From Eutreptiella sp. 'Long Island Sound 2002' (Eukaryota > Protista > Euglenida), in NCBI GenBank assembly GCA_964036045.1, contig OZ038379.1, positions 21,700,001 through 21,764,000 on the forward strand: a stretch of DNA of 64,000 bases. Direction: 5' to 3'. Under the pieces are notes generated by a model. The model searched no databases. It was not told where the DNA came from and saw only the letters and a list, made by a program, of their open reading frames with translations. Positions 1 to 13,799 of this stretch are shown here, piece by piece. The first letter of the stretch is position 1; every line of letters begins with the position of its first letter. The position numbers and the translations under genes were made by a program.

Positions 1-34
1 CCCCCCCCCCCCCGCCTTCACTCCGCCGTTGCAG

Positions 35-185
35 ATACCTCAACAAGCGTCACAAGAAGGAGGAGGCGAAGCGATTCGCCCCCGTCATTCAAGGTCCAGA
101 TCAGCCGAAGCAGACGCTGTCCAGGGCGAAGAAGAGAGCCATGCTCAAGCACGGCACCAAAAAGGCTCGGGCGAGGCAGCTTTGA
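35..185 (+). CDS. Probable terminal exon of an upstream gene; basic C-terminus YLNKRHKKEEAKRF...KKARARQL*
   Basis: Pyrimidine tract and TTGCAG acceptor at 31-34, then 49 open codons to TGA at 183-185; Lys/Arg-rich. No family recognised. Confidence 0.5.
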
Positions 186-1599
186 GGAGCTCGCAAGCAG
201 GGGCAGGGGCGCGGCGCAGTGCGTGGGTGCCGAAGTACAGCTGCGGTCCGCACGGGGGGGCAGGTGTAGCGTTGCTGCTTGCAGCTTGGGGCAGCTGCAT
301 CGGGTGCATGCGCCGAAAGGGCACGTTTGTAGACGTACCGCTCCGTACCATTTAGCACTGCATTCTCAAGAGCCCGGTCGGATTGGCCATGGGGAAGTCA
401 GTGTCAGTCTAGCCATGACTTGGACCCCGCGCAGGCACCAGCCACACTGTGTACCCCCAAGTTGCTCGCGAAGGCGTTGCACAACAAACGCTTGGCCAGT
501 ACAAACATGCACAAAACAAGCGGATGTAGGTGTCACGCTTGCTCCCCCAGGCAGGGCCCAGTCCCTTTTCCTTTCCCTTTTTTTGCTTTTTTTTTGCGTC
601 TGCAAACGTCGCCTGCGCCGCGGCTGGTCTGCCAACTGCCATTGGGTGCAGTAGAGAGGCGACCGAGAGGCAAAGGGGGGTCACACGGAAGTAAAGTGTG
701 TGATGCTGACATCATGGAGCATTAGCCTTTCTGGCCACACCTCCGTCATGATGGGCACGCGGAAGGCGCGAGGAATGCGTGAAGATGGTGTTGGAGGCGG
801 CAGCAGACAGCCAGCTGACGGCATCCGGCGGCCATTCGCCGTATCTCACCTGTCAAAGTGCAGTGTGCACCGGCCCCCCCATTTCCATGCGCTCTGGATC
901 AGACTGCCGCGCCGGATGGATTCGGGTAGTTCGTCCAACAACGTTCCGGCCACGAGTGCCCGTACTACATGCACACACTCCAGAGTCACTGGCCCCATCA
1001 CATCCCATGGCACGGATTGCTTAGCAGCACTCAGCCCTGTGCTGTCAGTTGGTGGCACGGCTGTCCTCTGTCTGCTGACTGAATGGTAGGTCTGTCTACG
1101 GAGGGAATGGCGCAGCGGCCAGGGGGGGAGAAGGGGACGGGACTGACCGGGTAAAAGGGGGCGCTGGGATAGCCCCCTGGGGCTGCTATGGCCCACGGGG
1201 CACTGGGATGGCCGGGCTTCATACATTGCTTCACTTCCTCTTCCTTCAAATTCGGTGTGAACAATGCCAATCCAGCGGGACTTCAACAACTTCACAGTGA
1301 AACGCTACATCCGCTTGGGACCCACTGCACGTTTCCTGATATTGAGGTTATCGATTGCCGCTGTGCGAATTATACCGCAGTCAGGCCTGTGCTTCTATGG
1401 GAGGGAGGCTGGTGCGGGGGTGTCAAGACGTAATGCAAAGTAATTACGGGCGGTTTTTTACAGGCGATTGAGGGCCAAGCCCAGGCGGTTGCTAAACGGT
1501 TGGCGGGCACTTAGGGCGCCTGGGGGTGGTTGGATCGGAATAGACAATTGCTCCCCTGTGCAAGCCTCGGCGCTAGCCGAAAAATCGGCCATTGTCGGC

Positions 1600-1950
1600 T
1601 AGTCTGAAATTTTCCATTTTTCCAGTCGGCCAGTTCGGCGAGCAAAATTCATCACAGGCACCTGAGGGAAAGGTGGCAAGGCTGTGGAAAAATGGGGAAA
1701 ATGGGACAGGGAAGAATGGGAAATTTGTCCCAAATGTCTCATTTTTCTCCGATTTTTCTCCAATTTCCTACGAATTTCACACATTTTTTCTACATTTCCC
1801 ACTAGGTATTTTTGGCACTTTCTCACATTTCCCCATTTCCCCCCATTTCCCCCCATTTTCCCTCATTCCCCCCCATTTTTCTCCATTCCCCCCCGTTTCC
1901 CCCCATTTTCCCCCATTTTTCTCCATTTCTCCATTTTCCCCATTTTCCTT
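1600..1950. repeat. Low-complexity CCCCATTT-type dispersed repeat
   Basis: Many CCCCATTT(T/C)C motifs; a similar sequence occurs in reverse orientation at about 62110-62180. Confidence 0.5.
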
Positions 1951-1994
1951 TACCTCTCCAGCTAGTTGGCTACTTCGGCTGCGGCCAACGCCGA

Positions 1995-2790
1995 TGCCTG
2001 CCTATGTAGGCTATCTGGCCATTGGGTTTGAGTATGTTTGTATGTGGGCTATCTAGCCATTGTGTGTCAGTACGTCTGTGTGTGGCCTATGTAGCGATTG
2101 TTTGTGGGTATGCTCGTATGTGGGCTATGCATCCATTGTTTGTGAGTGTGGGTCGCCTAGCCATTGTTTGTGAGCATGTTTGTGTGTGGGCCATCTCGCC
2201 ATTGTGTGTGGGTATGTTGGTGTGTGGGCTATTTAGCCATTGTGTGCGGATGTTTTCATATATGGGCTATCTCGCCATTGTGTGTGATTGGTTTCGTTTG
2301 TGGGAAATCTGGCCATCGTGTGTGAGTATGTTTGTAGGTTACTCATCTATCTAAGTTGTGGGTATGTTGGTATGTGGGCTATTTAGCCATTGTGTGTGAG
2401 TATTTTTGTATGTGAACTATTTAGCCATTGTTTGTGAGTCTGTTTGTGTGTAGGCTATGTAGCCATTTGGTGTGGGTATATTCGGTTGTGGGCTATCTAG
2501 CCATTGTGTGTGTGTATGTTTTTATGCAGCCATTGTTTGTGAGTATGTTCGTACGTGGGCTGTCTAGCAATTGTGTGTGGGTATGTTCATATGTTGGCGA
2601 GCCATTTTGTGTGAGTATGTTCGTGTGTGGGCTATCTAGCCATTGTTTGTGACTTTGTGTGTGGGCTATCCAGCCATTGTCTGTGGGTATGTTTGTACCT
2701 GGGTTATCTACCCATTGTTTGTGCGCATGTTCGTAAGTCGGCCATCTAGCCATTGTTTGTGAGGATGTTGATATATGGGCTATCTAGGCA
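1995..2790. repeat. Degenerate minisatellite, about 38-40-bp unit, about 20 copies
   Basis: Recurring GGGCTATCTAGCCATTGTGTGTGAGTATGTT core. Confidence 0.85.
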
Positions 2791-3654
2791 TTGTGTGTTA
2801 GTCCCAGGTCTACAGGTGTTACCCGTCCCCCCCCCCTCCTTTCTTTCAAGTACAGGCCTGACTGTAGTCATAGTCAATCAGAACGCCCAGCAATTCCCAA
2901 GCTTGTCACTCAGGCTCAGGTCACCATCAGCCATGCCCTCAGCGCGAAAGGGGCAGCACGCTTGCAGTGGTTCCTGCCTGTGCATGTGGCCGCACGTGCA
3001 CGCGTATGTACTGAAGAGGGGCACAACGGAGGCGTTTGGGGGCCCGTGGGCGGGACCATGTGCTCACCACCGATGTAATCATGGGCGCACCCGTGAAGGG
3101 GTTGGAGGTAAGAGGAGGGTGTGAACACCACGATGTAAAAGGGACGGGGACACTTGCATTTGAAAGGGAAGGGGTGTTGGCAACTGCTTTTTTTCGGAAT
3201 CCGCTCTCAATACCCCCGTCCTGAGGCCCAGTGGATCACTAATTCTAACCTGAACTGTGCCTCAACTTCGCCCGGATATGAGTAAGCCCGTGCTCTGTGC
3301 TGACCCCACACCTGCAACGTCATGCAGTGAAACCCAAGTCAGGGTGGTAGCTTCGCACATGCAATCCCCGGCATGGTGATGCTCTCGGAGCCCTTTGACC
3401 CATCTGGACGTCCCACAAGGAGCCACATGGCTTTCTCTTGTCTGATGCCAGACTGCCAACCTGCATTCCACCACGTAGGGGGTGGCTGGTGACCTGAATC
3501 CCCAAGACCCACACTTGCCACCCACTGTATTTTTTGTGCCTGTTCTTTTTCGATTGGGAAATTTGTATCAGTTGGTGGCATTCAATTTTTTGCCTCAAAA
3601 GATCAGTCATAAGGTTGCACAATGTGAAGCGGTTCCCTGTTGAGGTGATTTGTC

Positions 3655-3835
3655 GCTGTTGTTGCCGCCGCCGGTGCCGCCACCCCCTGCTGCTGTTGTT
3701 GTCCGTCCGTCCGTCCGTCCGTCCGTCTGTTTGTTTGTTCATCATTTGTTTGCTTTGTCTGTTTGTGTGTTTGTTGCGGCTGCTGCTGCTGTTATTGCTG
3801 TTGTTGTTGTTGTTGTTGTTATTGATGGTGTTGTA
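3655..3835. repeat. Compound microsatellite (GCC/CTG/CCGT/GTTT/GTT)n
   Basis: Visible short tandem runs. Confidence 0.9.
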
Positions 3836-3959
3836 GTCTGTTCATTGTCTTAAAGTGGACAAGCAGAGGACTGCGTCAGGGTCCTTCGTCCACTCATCAA
3901 AGCTGCACTCAAAACCTTGTTTTCTTCTGTAACTACGACGGTTTGCGGACGCTTCCAAA

Positions 3960-4430
3960 CTTTGACCCTTGGGGCCCAAGTTTGGCAACACAAGCTTTTG
4001 TAAGTGCACACTGCACGCGTCTCCACAAGTATCGCAGAAGATCTGCTTTGAACAGGGCTAGTGTTGTCGTGGCTGTCACCTGATTGATTTCTTTTTTGGC
4101 AGACAGAGGCTTTGGCATTGTTGCCATCACCAAGTGCAGGATTGATTCAAGAGTTGACGTGAGGCGAGGGCCATAGTCATCGTTCTTACTACACAAAGAG
4201 GCGGGGCCATGATGCTTTGTGGGCTGTGTGAGGGCTGTATCTGGCATGGGCTGGCCTGTGATATGCTTTGTAAAAAGTCGGCAGCGGGGGATACTGTGGT
4301 CCAAGCAACCGCGCATTGGAGAACGGAAAAGTGCGAATACGGTGTCCGAGCACCTGCGGTCCACAGGGCCTGCACAGTGTGCGACCCTCAGCATGTGCAC
4401 CTGTGACAAATGTTTGCTGGCAGCAGATCC
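3960..4430 (-). mobile_element. Possible degenerate LINE C-terminal fragment
   Basis: Frameshifted peptides LPTFYKAYHRP, SLC...TLESILHLV and LFKADLLRYLWRR resemble LINE ORF2 thumb/zinc-knuckle ends. Weak. Confidence 0.3.
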
Positions 4431-4592
4431 ACAATTTAATGATTGTCTGGCTGATATCTCTTTATTGCCTAATGTCTTTTGCCTTGCTCGTGTTGTTCCG
4501 GGTGAATGCGGTGCGCTTTGCAGCCCTTTTGTGTTGATGTCAATTTTGGGGCTCCGCATTTTTTGACTGTTTCATGCGCAATTCCGCCTTTG

Positions 4593-5348
4593 CATTCCAT
4601 TTTGGCGCTGCATCGATGCGCGCGGATGTGCGCATTCGCATTCGCATTCACATTCGCCCATCTGCTCTGGAAGTCTTTCGGATCTCCGTTGCATGTGGTG
4701 CTTCAGAGCGGTTATCTGTGATTCAGGGTCCGGGGGTGGGCTGCACGGGAGCGGCAGCGGACACGACGGCAGTGTGCCAAGGCCGGCAGCAACTGCCGGA
4801 TGAAGACTCGCCCAGCGCTGTTTTGCCAGGCCCTGTCCACAGGCTGGAAGGCAGGTGTTGCTTAACACAACGTGCGCGCGGTGCACGCACCCTCACCCCC
4901 CCCCCCCCCCTACGCTGGGCTGATATCTTCAGCAATATCGGCCATGCCAGCGACTGGCAATTTGCGTTTTTGAAGGCGCGGATGACAGTAGCAGAAGAGA
5001 AGGTACATGAACTCCCAAGTTCATTTGATTGTTTCTTTCGGGCAAAAGTAGGGGACCACAGCAGCTGTCACCCTTCAGTCCACAACTGGAGCGACTACGC
5101 ATCCCACGCAGACACCGATCCGCACCCAGTTCCACATTCCTCCTGCAGTCCACTCAGCCAATTCTGAACTGCCAACAGTCCAACACCCCGCAAAACGCCG
5201 TGCACTTTGCAGGCAACTCAGGGATATCCCCCAAACCCCAAACACATGCCCCCGCCGAGCACTGTGGGTCATCAAAATCACTGGACTTCCAGAGCAGCCT
5301 GGCGAATGAGCACGTCCATGTGCATGGATGCAGTGCCAAAATGGAATG
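4593..5348. mobile_element. Segment bounded by long inverted repeats (4593-4675 / 5284-5348); MITE-like
   Basis: CATTCCATTTTGGC(G/A)CTGCATC...CATTCGCC...CTGCTCTGGAAGTC is present on both strands. No TSD found. Confidence 0.55.
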
Positions 5349-6542
5349 TAAAAAAAGTGAATGCACATGCAGCAGTGGAACAATACACATCCCCACCTCT
5401 CGTCTCGGCTACACGACAGTAAACGCTTGCCAGACTTCAGAGGATGACCACCACTGTCATTCTAGCTCAGCTACTCCACAGGGTGCCTTCCCTTACGCTA
5501 GCTGAAACAAAGCCGTCGCTTATGCGCTGTACATGGAAAGTGGTGCATGCACAACAACAGATGCTTTGCAATGGGATGCTGCCCAGCATTTTCCAGTGCC
5601 TCTGGCTGCATCTGTGGGTAATGGCATGCGCCGCTTCATCCTTGGGGGTTGTTTTCCAGATCATGCAGCTTTGTCGAGAAGGCACCATTTCTGCTTAGTA
5701 CGGGTCTTCACCAACAATGTGGTGGAATGTCTAGTTGCGCTGCCCCACCAGTTCCCTAGTTATATGGCCCAACACCTTGGTGGGCCCTGGCTCACAGGCT
5801 GTACTGGTGGTGGCCCATTTCTGTTTTAAAATTATCTCATGTAAAAGGCCACACTTTCTGGGGCGCTGCTGAAAGCTGAGCAAGAAAGGGGTTGCCATGG
5901 GCCACATAAGACAGCACGAAAGAAGCTTTCAAGGTCTCCAAAGACGCGAATTTAGCACTAGAGGGATACCAAAGGGCTCCCACCAATGCAACGTCTTGCT
6001 CTCTGTCTCTCTCTGACACATGGTGGCGTGAGGCTGAGCATGTCCATTTCTGCTGAAGCACCAATGCCGCAGCGGTTGTTTGGTGTGATGCATGCAATTC
6101 ATGTCATCACCACCATGACCAACAACCTCCAAACACCCAAGGACCCAGAAATGTCCCACAGCAACGGAGCTGTGTGGTCTCATTGTTGGCAACGAGCATG
6201 AGCAATTCACACCGCAATATGCCACGGGAGCTGAGGAGTGCCATGGGGAGCTAACACGGGTGTGGTACGCACATGACACCTAATGCTGTCTGCATCCTTC
6301 ATGTTTTGGCCCACGCGACCTGCCGCATGGAGAAACAGAAGCAGTGGGCCAAAATAGCGGCTTGCAGAGCTTCATGCAAGACAGCACCAACATACCGGGG
6401 GCCTAACCCAACTCACTCATGCTGGTGTCCCTCTGCTACGTACCCCCCCTCCCCAAAACACCAATATGCACAAACAAACATGCCTCCATCAACCTGCGAG
6501 CGGGTGCTGAGCCAAAAAAAACAAAGCAATTTCGACTTTTTG

Positions 6543-7475
6543 GGGGGGCCATGGCCCGGGCTATATGGGTCTAGCGGCCACTACTTGGGTCCCCGTGGGT
6601 GCTAGAGTATCCGTATTGTCACCAAATGATCACTCAAACCCATACCAGGGGCGACACAAGGGTTTCAGAAATAGTCAGATTTTGAAGAAAATCTTCAGGT
6701 GCCACTAAGGGGGCGCACCGTGCACCGTGCATGCGCTGTACGAAAAGTCGGCTGTTTTCCACCGCCGGTAGCCACGGATCCCAAGGTCCTGGATCCTGCA
6801 CCATACCACCCCCCTGCTGGTACACCAGGGGATTTTTTTTTAGTCTGATGCTTGCCACGGGTCCCAGGGTCCTGAATTCTGCACCCCGATGCTGTTTTGA
6901 ATTAATTATACATCTTTCTGCAGGTGGGTGGTTTTCAGGGGTGTTCCCGGGATAAACAATGTAATGATTGGCGCTGTGCCCGTGCTGTGCCAGAGCTGTG
7001 CCCGCGCTGTGCAAAAACGCCCCCTAAATAGCCTAAGGGGGCGTACCGTGCGCTGTGCGTGCGCTGTGCACGCGCTGTGCGCGCGCTGTGCGAAAAGTTG
7101 GCTGTTCTCCACCACCGGGAGTTCGGTAAGTTCAGAAGATTGAAAGGACGTCATTGAATGGCTGCTGCAGTGGACGGGGCTATAAGGGGCAGAATTTAGG
7201 TCCCTGGGACCCATGGCAAGCATCAGATGTTTTGAATTTTTGAGTTTTGAATTGATTGTGCATGATTCCGCAGGTGGGTGGTTTTCAGGGTTGTTACCTG
7301 GATAATCACCGTAATAATTGGCGCTGTGCGCGCGCTGTGCGAAAACGCCCCCTAAACAACAACAATTTGGGGCTCTCGGGGGGGGGGGGGTATCTAGGAC
7401 TATTGGCCATTACGTGGGTCCCCATGGGTGCTAGAGTACCGATATTGCCAGCAAATGATCACCCAAACATCGTAG
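6543..7475. repeat. Composite repeat with nested direct and inverted arms
   Basis: 38-bp IR at 6845-6882 / 7189-7226 (3 mismatches); direct repeats at about 6921-6980 / 7271-7330 and 6580-6640 / 7410-7465; (GCGCTGTGC)n runs. Confidence 0.7.
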
Positions 7476-8619
7476 TATTTTGGAAAAAGTCAAATGTTCG
7501 AAAATTTTTCAGGCAACGCATGCTAACTTGAAAACAGCTGAGCCCTCACCGGCAAGAGCCCATGGGGGGGTCAAAAGGGGGTACTCGGAGTTCGGACCCA
7601 AGACCTTCCATGTATAACGAAACGGTTGTTTAGGGCATTGGTCTAAACCGACACACATCATCCACAAAACGCAAAAACGATTTGACCCCCCCCCCCCCCA
7701 CAACCCCCCCCCCAGAAATACGCCGACCTTTGTGGATAAGCAATCCCCCACATTGCGGCAAGGTGGAACCGGGGGTGGGAGACTCGCAAAGCTCAGCGGA
7801 TGAACTGTATGGCTCCATCCTCCCTGGGTACAACACCATGGATGGTAACAATATCCAAGACATCAAGCACTGGCACAAGGGGCAAGAGGTCTTGGCTGCA
7901 GTGTCTGTAGCAGAGCCCTTGCAGTGCACATTCAATTTTGTGACTCGAAATGGCCAGCTAGTTGCTCTCATCGGACAGGAGCTGTTCTCGGTCTTGTCCA
8001 AGGTGGTGTGGAGTGTACACACCAAGCGGCACTGCGCCATGGGTGTGCGGTGGATCAAAAAGCCCCATGTGCATCCATTCAGATGGGAAGTGCGGGTGTG
8101 GGTGGCCCTGGCAACTTGGAGCTGTGATCTGGTGCTGGGGGCAAGCACGCGGGGCGAGGGGCATTACGTTTGGATGAGCGGCACTCCACATGTTTTGGCA
8201 CAAGTGAGGGATAAGGGGCTGGGGTGGGGGAAGTGGTGGGCATGTGATACACACTGCTGCTTGCTGAGCCCAAAGAAGGGCTCCAAGCCACCGAACAAGC
8301 TGGCAAAAGGTGAGCCTAGGCTGTGTTGTGCCACAGTCCACAGCAGAGCTTCTTGTATCCCTGCGAAGGCAAGAGGGAGTTTGAACTGTGTCACGACTGC
8401 CGGTCAGCAACAGGTTGGTCAACAGTGCTGTTGTGCAATAGGGCAAAGCAACTAGCAACAAAACAAAGTGCATGTCAAATGGGATATTCTCAAACACTTC
8501 GCAAACCAATGTCCTCTTCAAAAACCCTAACCTCATATTGTTTGTTTCGCAAAAGTTTAAAAAGGCAATGTGGTTTCAAAAGTACTTTTTGTTGAAACTA
8601 CATTTCCAAATTAAACCAT

Positions 8620-9246
8620 GTATCGCACGAAGTCCCCCCCCCCCCCCCCACACCTTGGGGGTAAGGGGGGGAAGTAGGGGGGGGGGAAGTAGGGGGGGGG
8701 GGAGGTAGGGGGGGAAGGTAGGGTGTGTGTGCGGAGGGGTAGGCGGGGCATACACACAGAAGGCGGTGCACACACAAGTGGGTGCATACACAAGTGGGTG
8801 CATGCACAAGGCGGTGCATACACAAGGTGGTGTGCACACAAGGCGATTTGTGGCCACCGCAGGAGTCTTGTTATTCAAGGGGGGTGCGGGGGCTTGCCCC
8901 CGTGTTAAGCGAAGCGAGCCAAGGCACCGGAAGGTTTGGCGGTCCACACACAAGGCGGTGCATACAAAGGCGATCTGTGGCCACTGCAAGAGTCTTGTTA
9001 TTTGAGTGGGGTGCGGGAGCTGGCCCCCGCGTTGAGCGAAGCAAGGGAAGGTTTGGCGGTCCACACACAAGGCGGTGCATACACAAGGCGGTCTGTGGCC
9101 ACCGCACGTGTCTTGTTATTTAAGGGGGGTGCGGGGGCTGGCCCCCGTGTTGAGCGAAGCGAGCCGAGTCGGGTAAGGGGGGGCAGGTAGGGGGAGGGAG
9201 GTGGGGGGGGGGGTATGGGGGGTAGGGGGGGGGACTTCGTGCATAC
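8620..9246. mobile_element. MITE-like element with TIR GTAT(C)GCACGAAGTCCCCCCC and internal about 120-bp tandem units
   Basis: GCACGAAGTCCCCCCC at 8625 and its reverse complement ending at 9242; about 3 internal units containing CACACAAGGCGGTGCATAC. Confidence 0.75.
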
Positions 9247-10553
9247 TATCAATTAAAAGTTCAAGAAATGTTGGTCCCGCATTCAAGTCAATATCTCTAG
9301 GTTACAAGTACAAGCTATATTCAAAAAAATTCTGAAATCTCTTGCCATTGTAAAAAGTACATTGCCTACATGGGGACATGTGATAATTGAGAATGTCTAT
9401 TAGCAATACTCATCATGACGATTTGTCCACATTCAGTAGGATTTTCTACGAGTAGAACAATTTGATGTGGTCATGGAACTGATTTGGGACCCAATTGAGA
9501 GACTACCATCAATTTGTAAGGTAAAGTGTCTAGTTACCTCCCGGTGTACACACCGGTTGACATCTGAACGGTCAGGACGTTGAGCACACCATCTGGTATC
9601 ACTCCGGATGCGTACATCTTCATCAGAGTGCACCTTTTGGGGGCACCATATGGTTTGAACCATTGTTCGACCAATATCTTGACCATTTGCTCACTTGTGA
9701 TTTCCTTGCTGCAAGGAATGGCAAGGGTGAATCAAATTAGTCCCCCGGCAGCTTACATAGCATCCAAATTTATGGAGGCCATGAATAAAATCGACATACA
9801 AGAGCGAATTAGCACAGGAGGGGATAGGTGGGCTAGACACCAGCCCTCTATCTTGCGAATCGCTTTGCTTGCTGGCATGACAGCCACAAGGGACCACAGT
9901 GGTGTGCATATGGGTCATCAACTCCTTTTGGGTTAGACGGCAGTGAAAACACTCCAAAAACATATCCAAAGAGCGGCACAAATTGGTGAAAACAGTTGAA
10001 AATGTATTACAAATATGTCATATTCCGAATGCATAAGAAGCTTAAAAAAACCCTATTATGGAACCATAAACCTCCACATCAGGGCCGAAACTAGGGTTCA
10101 GGTAGTTATCCACATACAAAAATTTGCACTACGTGCGCACTGCACACACAGCATTCTCAGAACTTGGGGATGAGGATCATAGCCCGATTGTGGAACTTGG
10201 CCACTATGCGCAAGATCCTTGGTCACTATGATACAGGGGCTAGGGGCTGTGAGACATTTAGGGTTGCCATCTTCATGAGAGGGGTTGTAATGGCATTGAG
10301 TATGATAGTAGTCGATTTCTCCCTACAGTCGTTAGTTGGGGTGGGGGGGTGCCATAAAGATGGTGTGCCGGTTGGTACTCTTGGGTGTATCCACTGGGTT
10401 GAAGATGCACTATTGTACGCACTTGGGGGGGGGGATCCTCAATGACATTCTAATGCAATAGTATTTCCTTTCTTTCTTTGCTTTGTTTTTATGCATGGGT
10501 GCATATTGCATTCTTTTGTTGCTCCATAAGATGAGGGAACACCAGAAGTGGGC

Positions 10554-10803
10554 TACCTTATACCCCCCTTGCAAATCCTCCCCGCCTGGGGGGAAACGGT
10601 CACTTGGCCCAAAAAGTATAGAAAATACTAGGCGCCATAGGCGGCAAAGAAATTTTTTTACAAGGTGCCGAAGGCGCCAAAGCTGATTTACACTGTGATA
10701 CTATGGTAGAGTTTTGTGGTGCAATCACCCCCCCCCCCCCCCCCGCCCCAGGGGGGGGACCGTCACGACATTGGTGGGGAGATTACAAGGGGAATGTAAG
10801 GTA
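10554..10803. mobile_element. 250-bp MITE-like element
   Basis: Imperfect TIR: TACCTTATACCCCCCTTGCAAATCCTCCCC vs GGGGAGATTACAAGGGGAATGTAAGGTA. No clear TSD. Confidence 0.65.
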
Positions 10804-13302
10804 CGTAGGAGGGTAGAGGGGCAAAGGTCCCCTTCGTCGTAAACAAGTGCCACAATGTAGCCAGATGCATTTATGGTGGCCTATGCTTCCATCAGGAACC
10901 GTTGCAAGCTGTTGGGGTGGGGGACCGGATAGACATGTCTGGAGGGAGGGGGGGGGTGCAAACACACAAATTTGACAGACACATTCTCTTTCCCTTGCTA
11001 TGTACACTTGAGGTAGATAAAAAGAGCAAGGGAACATTTATTGTCTTCTGTTTGACAGTCACGAGGTTGCTGGTGGTTGTTGCGGTGTTTGAAAGAATTC
11101 GTTCATTTTAAAACATCAATCTAGCATGAGGCGTGATCTAGTAGTGATTTCTCTTAGCAGCCAACAATGGCTCAGCGATCGCGATGTTCTATGTGTTGTG
11201 TCCCCACCTTACATCGGAGTTCACCTAGACTTTGTACGCAATGAATCAGACAAATTGAGTTGATGAATGCTTCTTTGTGGACTGGCAGTCCGGACTCTTA
11301 GCGTCTAGGATTCCTGTGAAGAACATGACATGATATTGGGAGATGCACAGGGGGCTAGGCACATGGTAGGGACGAGGAAGAAGACTTTCATTCCCGGCTT
11401 GTGTTTCTTTTCTGCAGCTGTGCAAAATGATTCCAGCGCCTCCGATTACCAACTTTGAAGTGTATTGGTTGGTACATGCGTTATGCACTTTGCGTGCAGG
11501 GCTTATGTGAGGTTTGGCGCAGGAGGAAAAGAAAAATGAGAATTTTTGCCGGTGACTGACAATGAAATCACAGCTTGCCCCAGTATGGGCATCAAAGTGG
11601 ACCAAGTTGAAGAGAAGCAGTTATACATGCCGACATTATAGCAGATCTGTTGACATGGAAAAAAATCAAACACCCAGAAATTGATTGCCATGCTATTCTG
11701 CTGCTCCTACAGGTCGATCGGCAGACGTCATGTTCACCGGTGCTTTCCCTAATTTGCAGCACCTGACGGCTTTTTAGTGGGATTTCTGTTTATGGGAAAA
11801 CCACAACAGCCACTTCCGCTGCACAGCTACACAATGCAGTCACGCCTGTAAAGCTGGTTGGCCACCCTTGTCTGCATACAGGTCAGGTTGTTGTTGTCTT
11901 GTTGTGGCTGGATCTAGTATGATGTGAAACGGTTTGGACCGAAGAAAGATGGATGCTCCACAGAGTGAAGAAACTGCAGTTAATGCCGGACTATGTTTGG
12001 CTTATGTGGGAGCCACCGTTGTGGCTTATCAAAACGCTCTCCCCGGTATAGGCATCCCTAAAGGAGTCGCTAAGCCATCTCCAAGTTGAATCTGGCATGT
12101 TTGTATTTCAAAGCTCTACCAAGAGCATTGGCTCGGCTCTAGAGTTGGCTGAACAAGAGAATTCGAAGCTACTTGAAAAGATTGAAACACCCAAACACCA
12201 AATGGATGCAATGATGATTAAGCAGAGACGCAACTGTGTCAATGGCACATGTGTCAACTTTGTAGCATGGCCATGAAATGCACAAAACTGCATGCTTTTG
12301 GTGAATGTCTTTTGTGCACATCTCACTCTGTGCTGGGAGTCTTGGTTGCTCATCATGAATGGCACATCGCACTGTACCCAATTTTTACTCATACAAAACC
12401 AAAATGGAGCTACAGCTTTTACAAAGAATCATTGCCATAACTAGTCACAACAACGATCAATTGGTGGTCCATCACGACACATCTAAACAATGATGAGCGA
12501 AGTGAAGCTAGAATGTTCACATTTTCCTAAATTAACCCATTTGAGTGAAACGTTCTAATATTTCCAACAAACACCCATTTGTATGGAAACTACACCAGAA
12601 CATGCCAATGAATGAGGAGTGGCCCGGGGAATGAATGGATTCTCCCGGTCATGCAGAGTGCTACCTCGCAACAGGCACCCAAGCGCTGTAGCGGTAGGCC
12701 CACACCGGCCAAACACTTTTCTTTTTTTTTGTTTCCAGCCCCATACACCTTTCTCCCCATCCGTCCAAAATGCCAGTTGGTCAACAACTCCAGTCGCCAT
12801 GCATTGTAATCAACCATAACAAACAGATTCTCCATGTGATCGATGCATCATTGGGAACGATGCACTGTTGGGCTGAATGGCAAGAACCCGTACCAATTCC
12901 GATTTGCTCAAGCATCCCATGAGCATGCAGCACACCGAGGCCCAAATTGGATGGGGCCTTCTCCCCTCCTCTCCCCATTGTGGCTCGTTTCTTTTTGAGT
13001 AACCTCCAATCCTCCTTTTGTAAACTGTTGTGACACTGTCTATAAATCTTTACATTGTCCTGACCCAGTTGACAGACTAGGAGGGTTGCATCACAGGAGG
13101 AGAAAAATCTGTGCACTGTGCAAATCCAACCACCACCAATGCAAAGGGAGCAGATGGCAAGCACAGGGCTCAATGGTCACTTTGCAATGTCAGCGTTAGG
13201 CTCCAGCCGCGCCTGTTCCCCGCAGCTTTCAGCGCCTACTGTCCACGCTCTCACTTCCAGTTCATTCAGGTCCACCAATCTGTTCTGGCCTGTGCTCCCT
13301 CT

Positions 13303-13432
13303 ATGAATTGCTTGGGTTGCGGTTGTTATGGTTATGGGTATGGTTATGGTTAGGGTTATGCGGCCTGTGCCCCCTCCCTGAATTGCTTGGGTTGCGGTTG
13401 TTATGGTTATGGGTATGGTTAGGGTTATGCGT
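13303..13432. repeat. Tandem duplication containing (GGTTAT/GGGTAT)n and TTAGGG
   Basis: GAATTGCTTGGGTTGCGGTTGTTATGGTTATGGGTATGGTTA occurs twice. Confidence 0.8.
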
Positions 13433-13799
13433 GCATCAGCGGTCACTCCTGAGCAAGCACAGGTGGAGCTAGAAGGGACTGGGACAGGATGAAAAAGCTG
13501 GACACCTTAAAGGTTGGACTGGCCACAGTTAGTGTTCTGGGTCAGGTAAAACTCACCGAATGAACAACTGCACACACAAGACGGCCCGACAGCCTGACAG
13601 GCAGAAATGTCCAAGAATCACCCCCTGCGGACTTCAAACTCCATTCCTGACCGTGAGGCCGTCAGCAGTTCCATCTTCCCATGAACTTGCATGAAGCTGC
13701 AATTTTGCTCTCATCTTCAAGGGGCAGCATTCCGCCTTTCCCTTGAGGTCGCTGAAAATCACTTGAACATAGTTGCCAGAGTCTCCATCTCCAGCTGTC

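Noticed and set aside
12486-12550. Box C-like ATGATGAGCGA here and at about 17426 as C/D snoRNAs
   Set aside because: No convincing CTGA box D or terminal stem.
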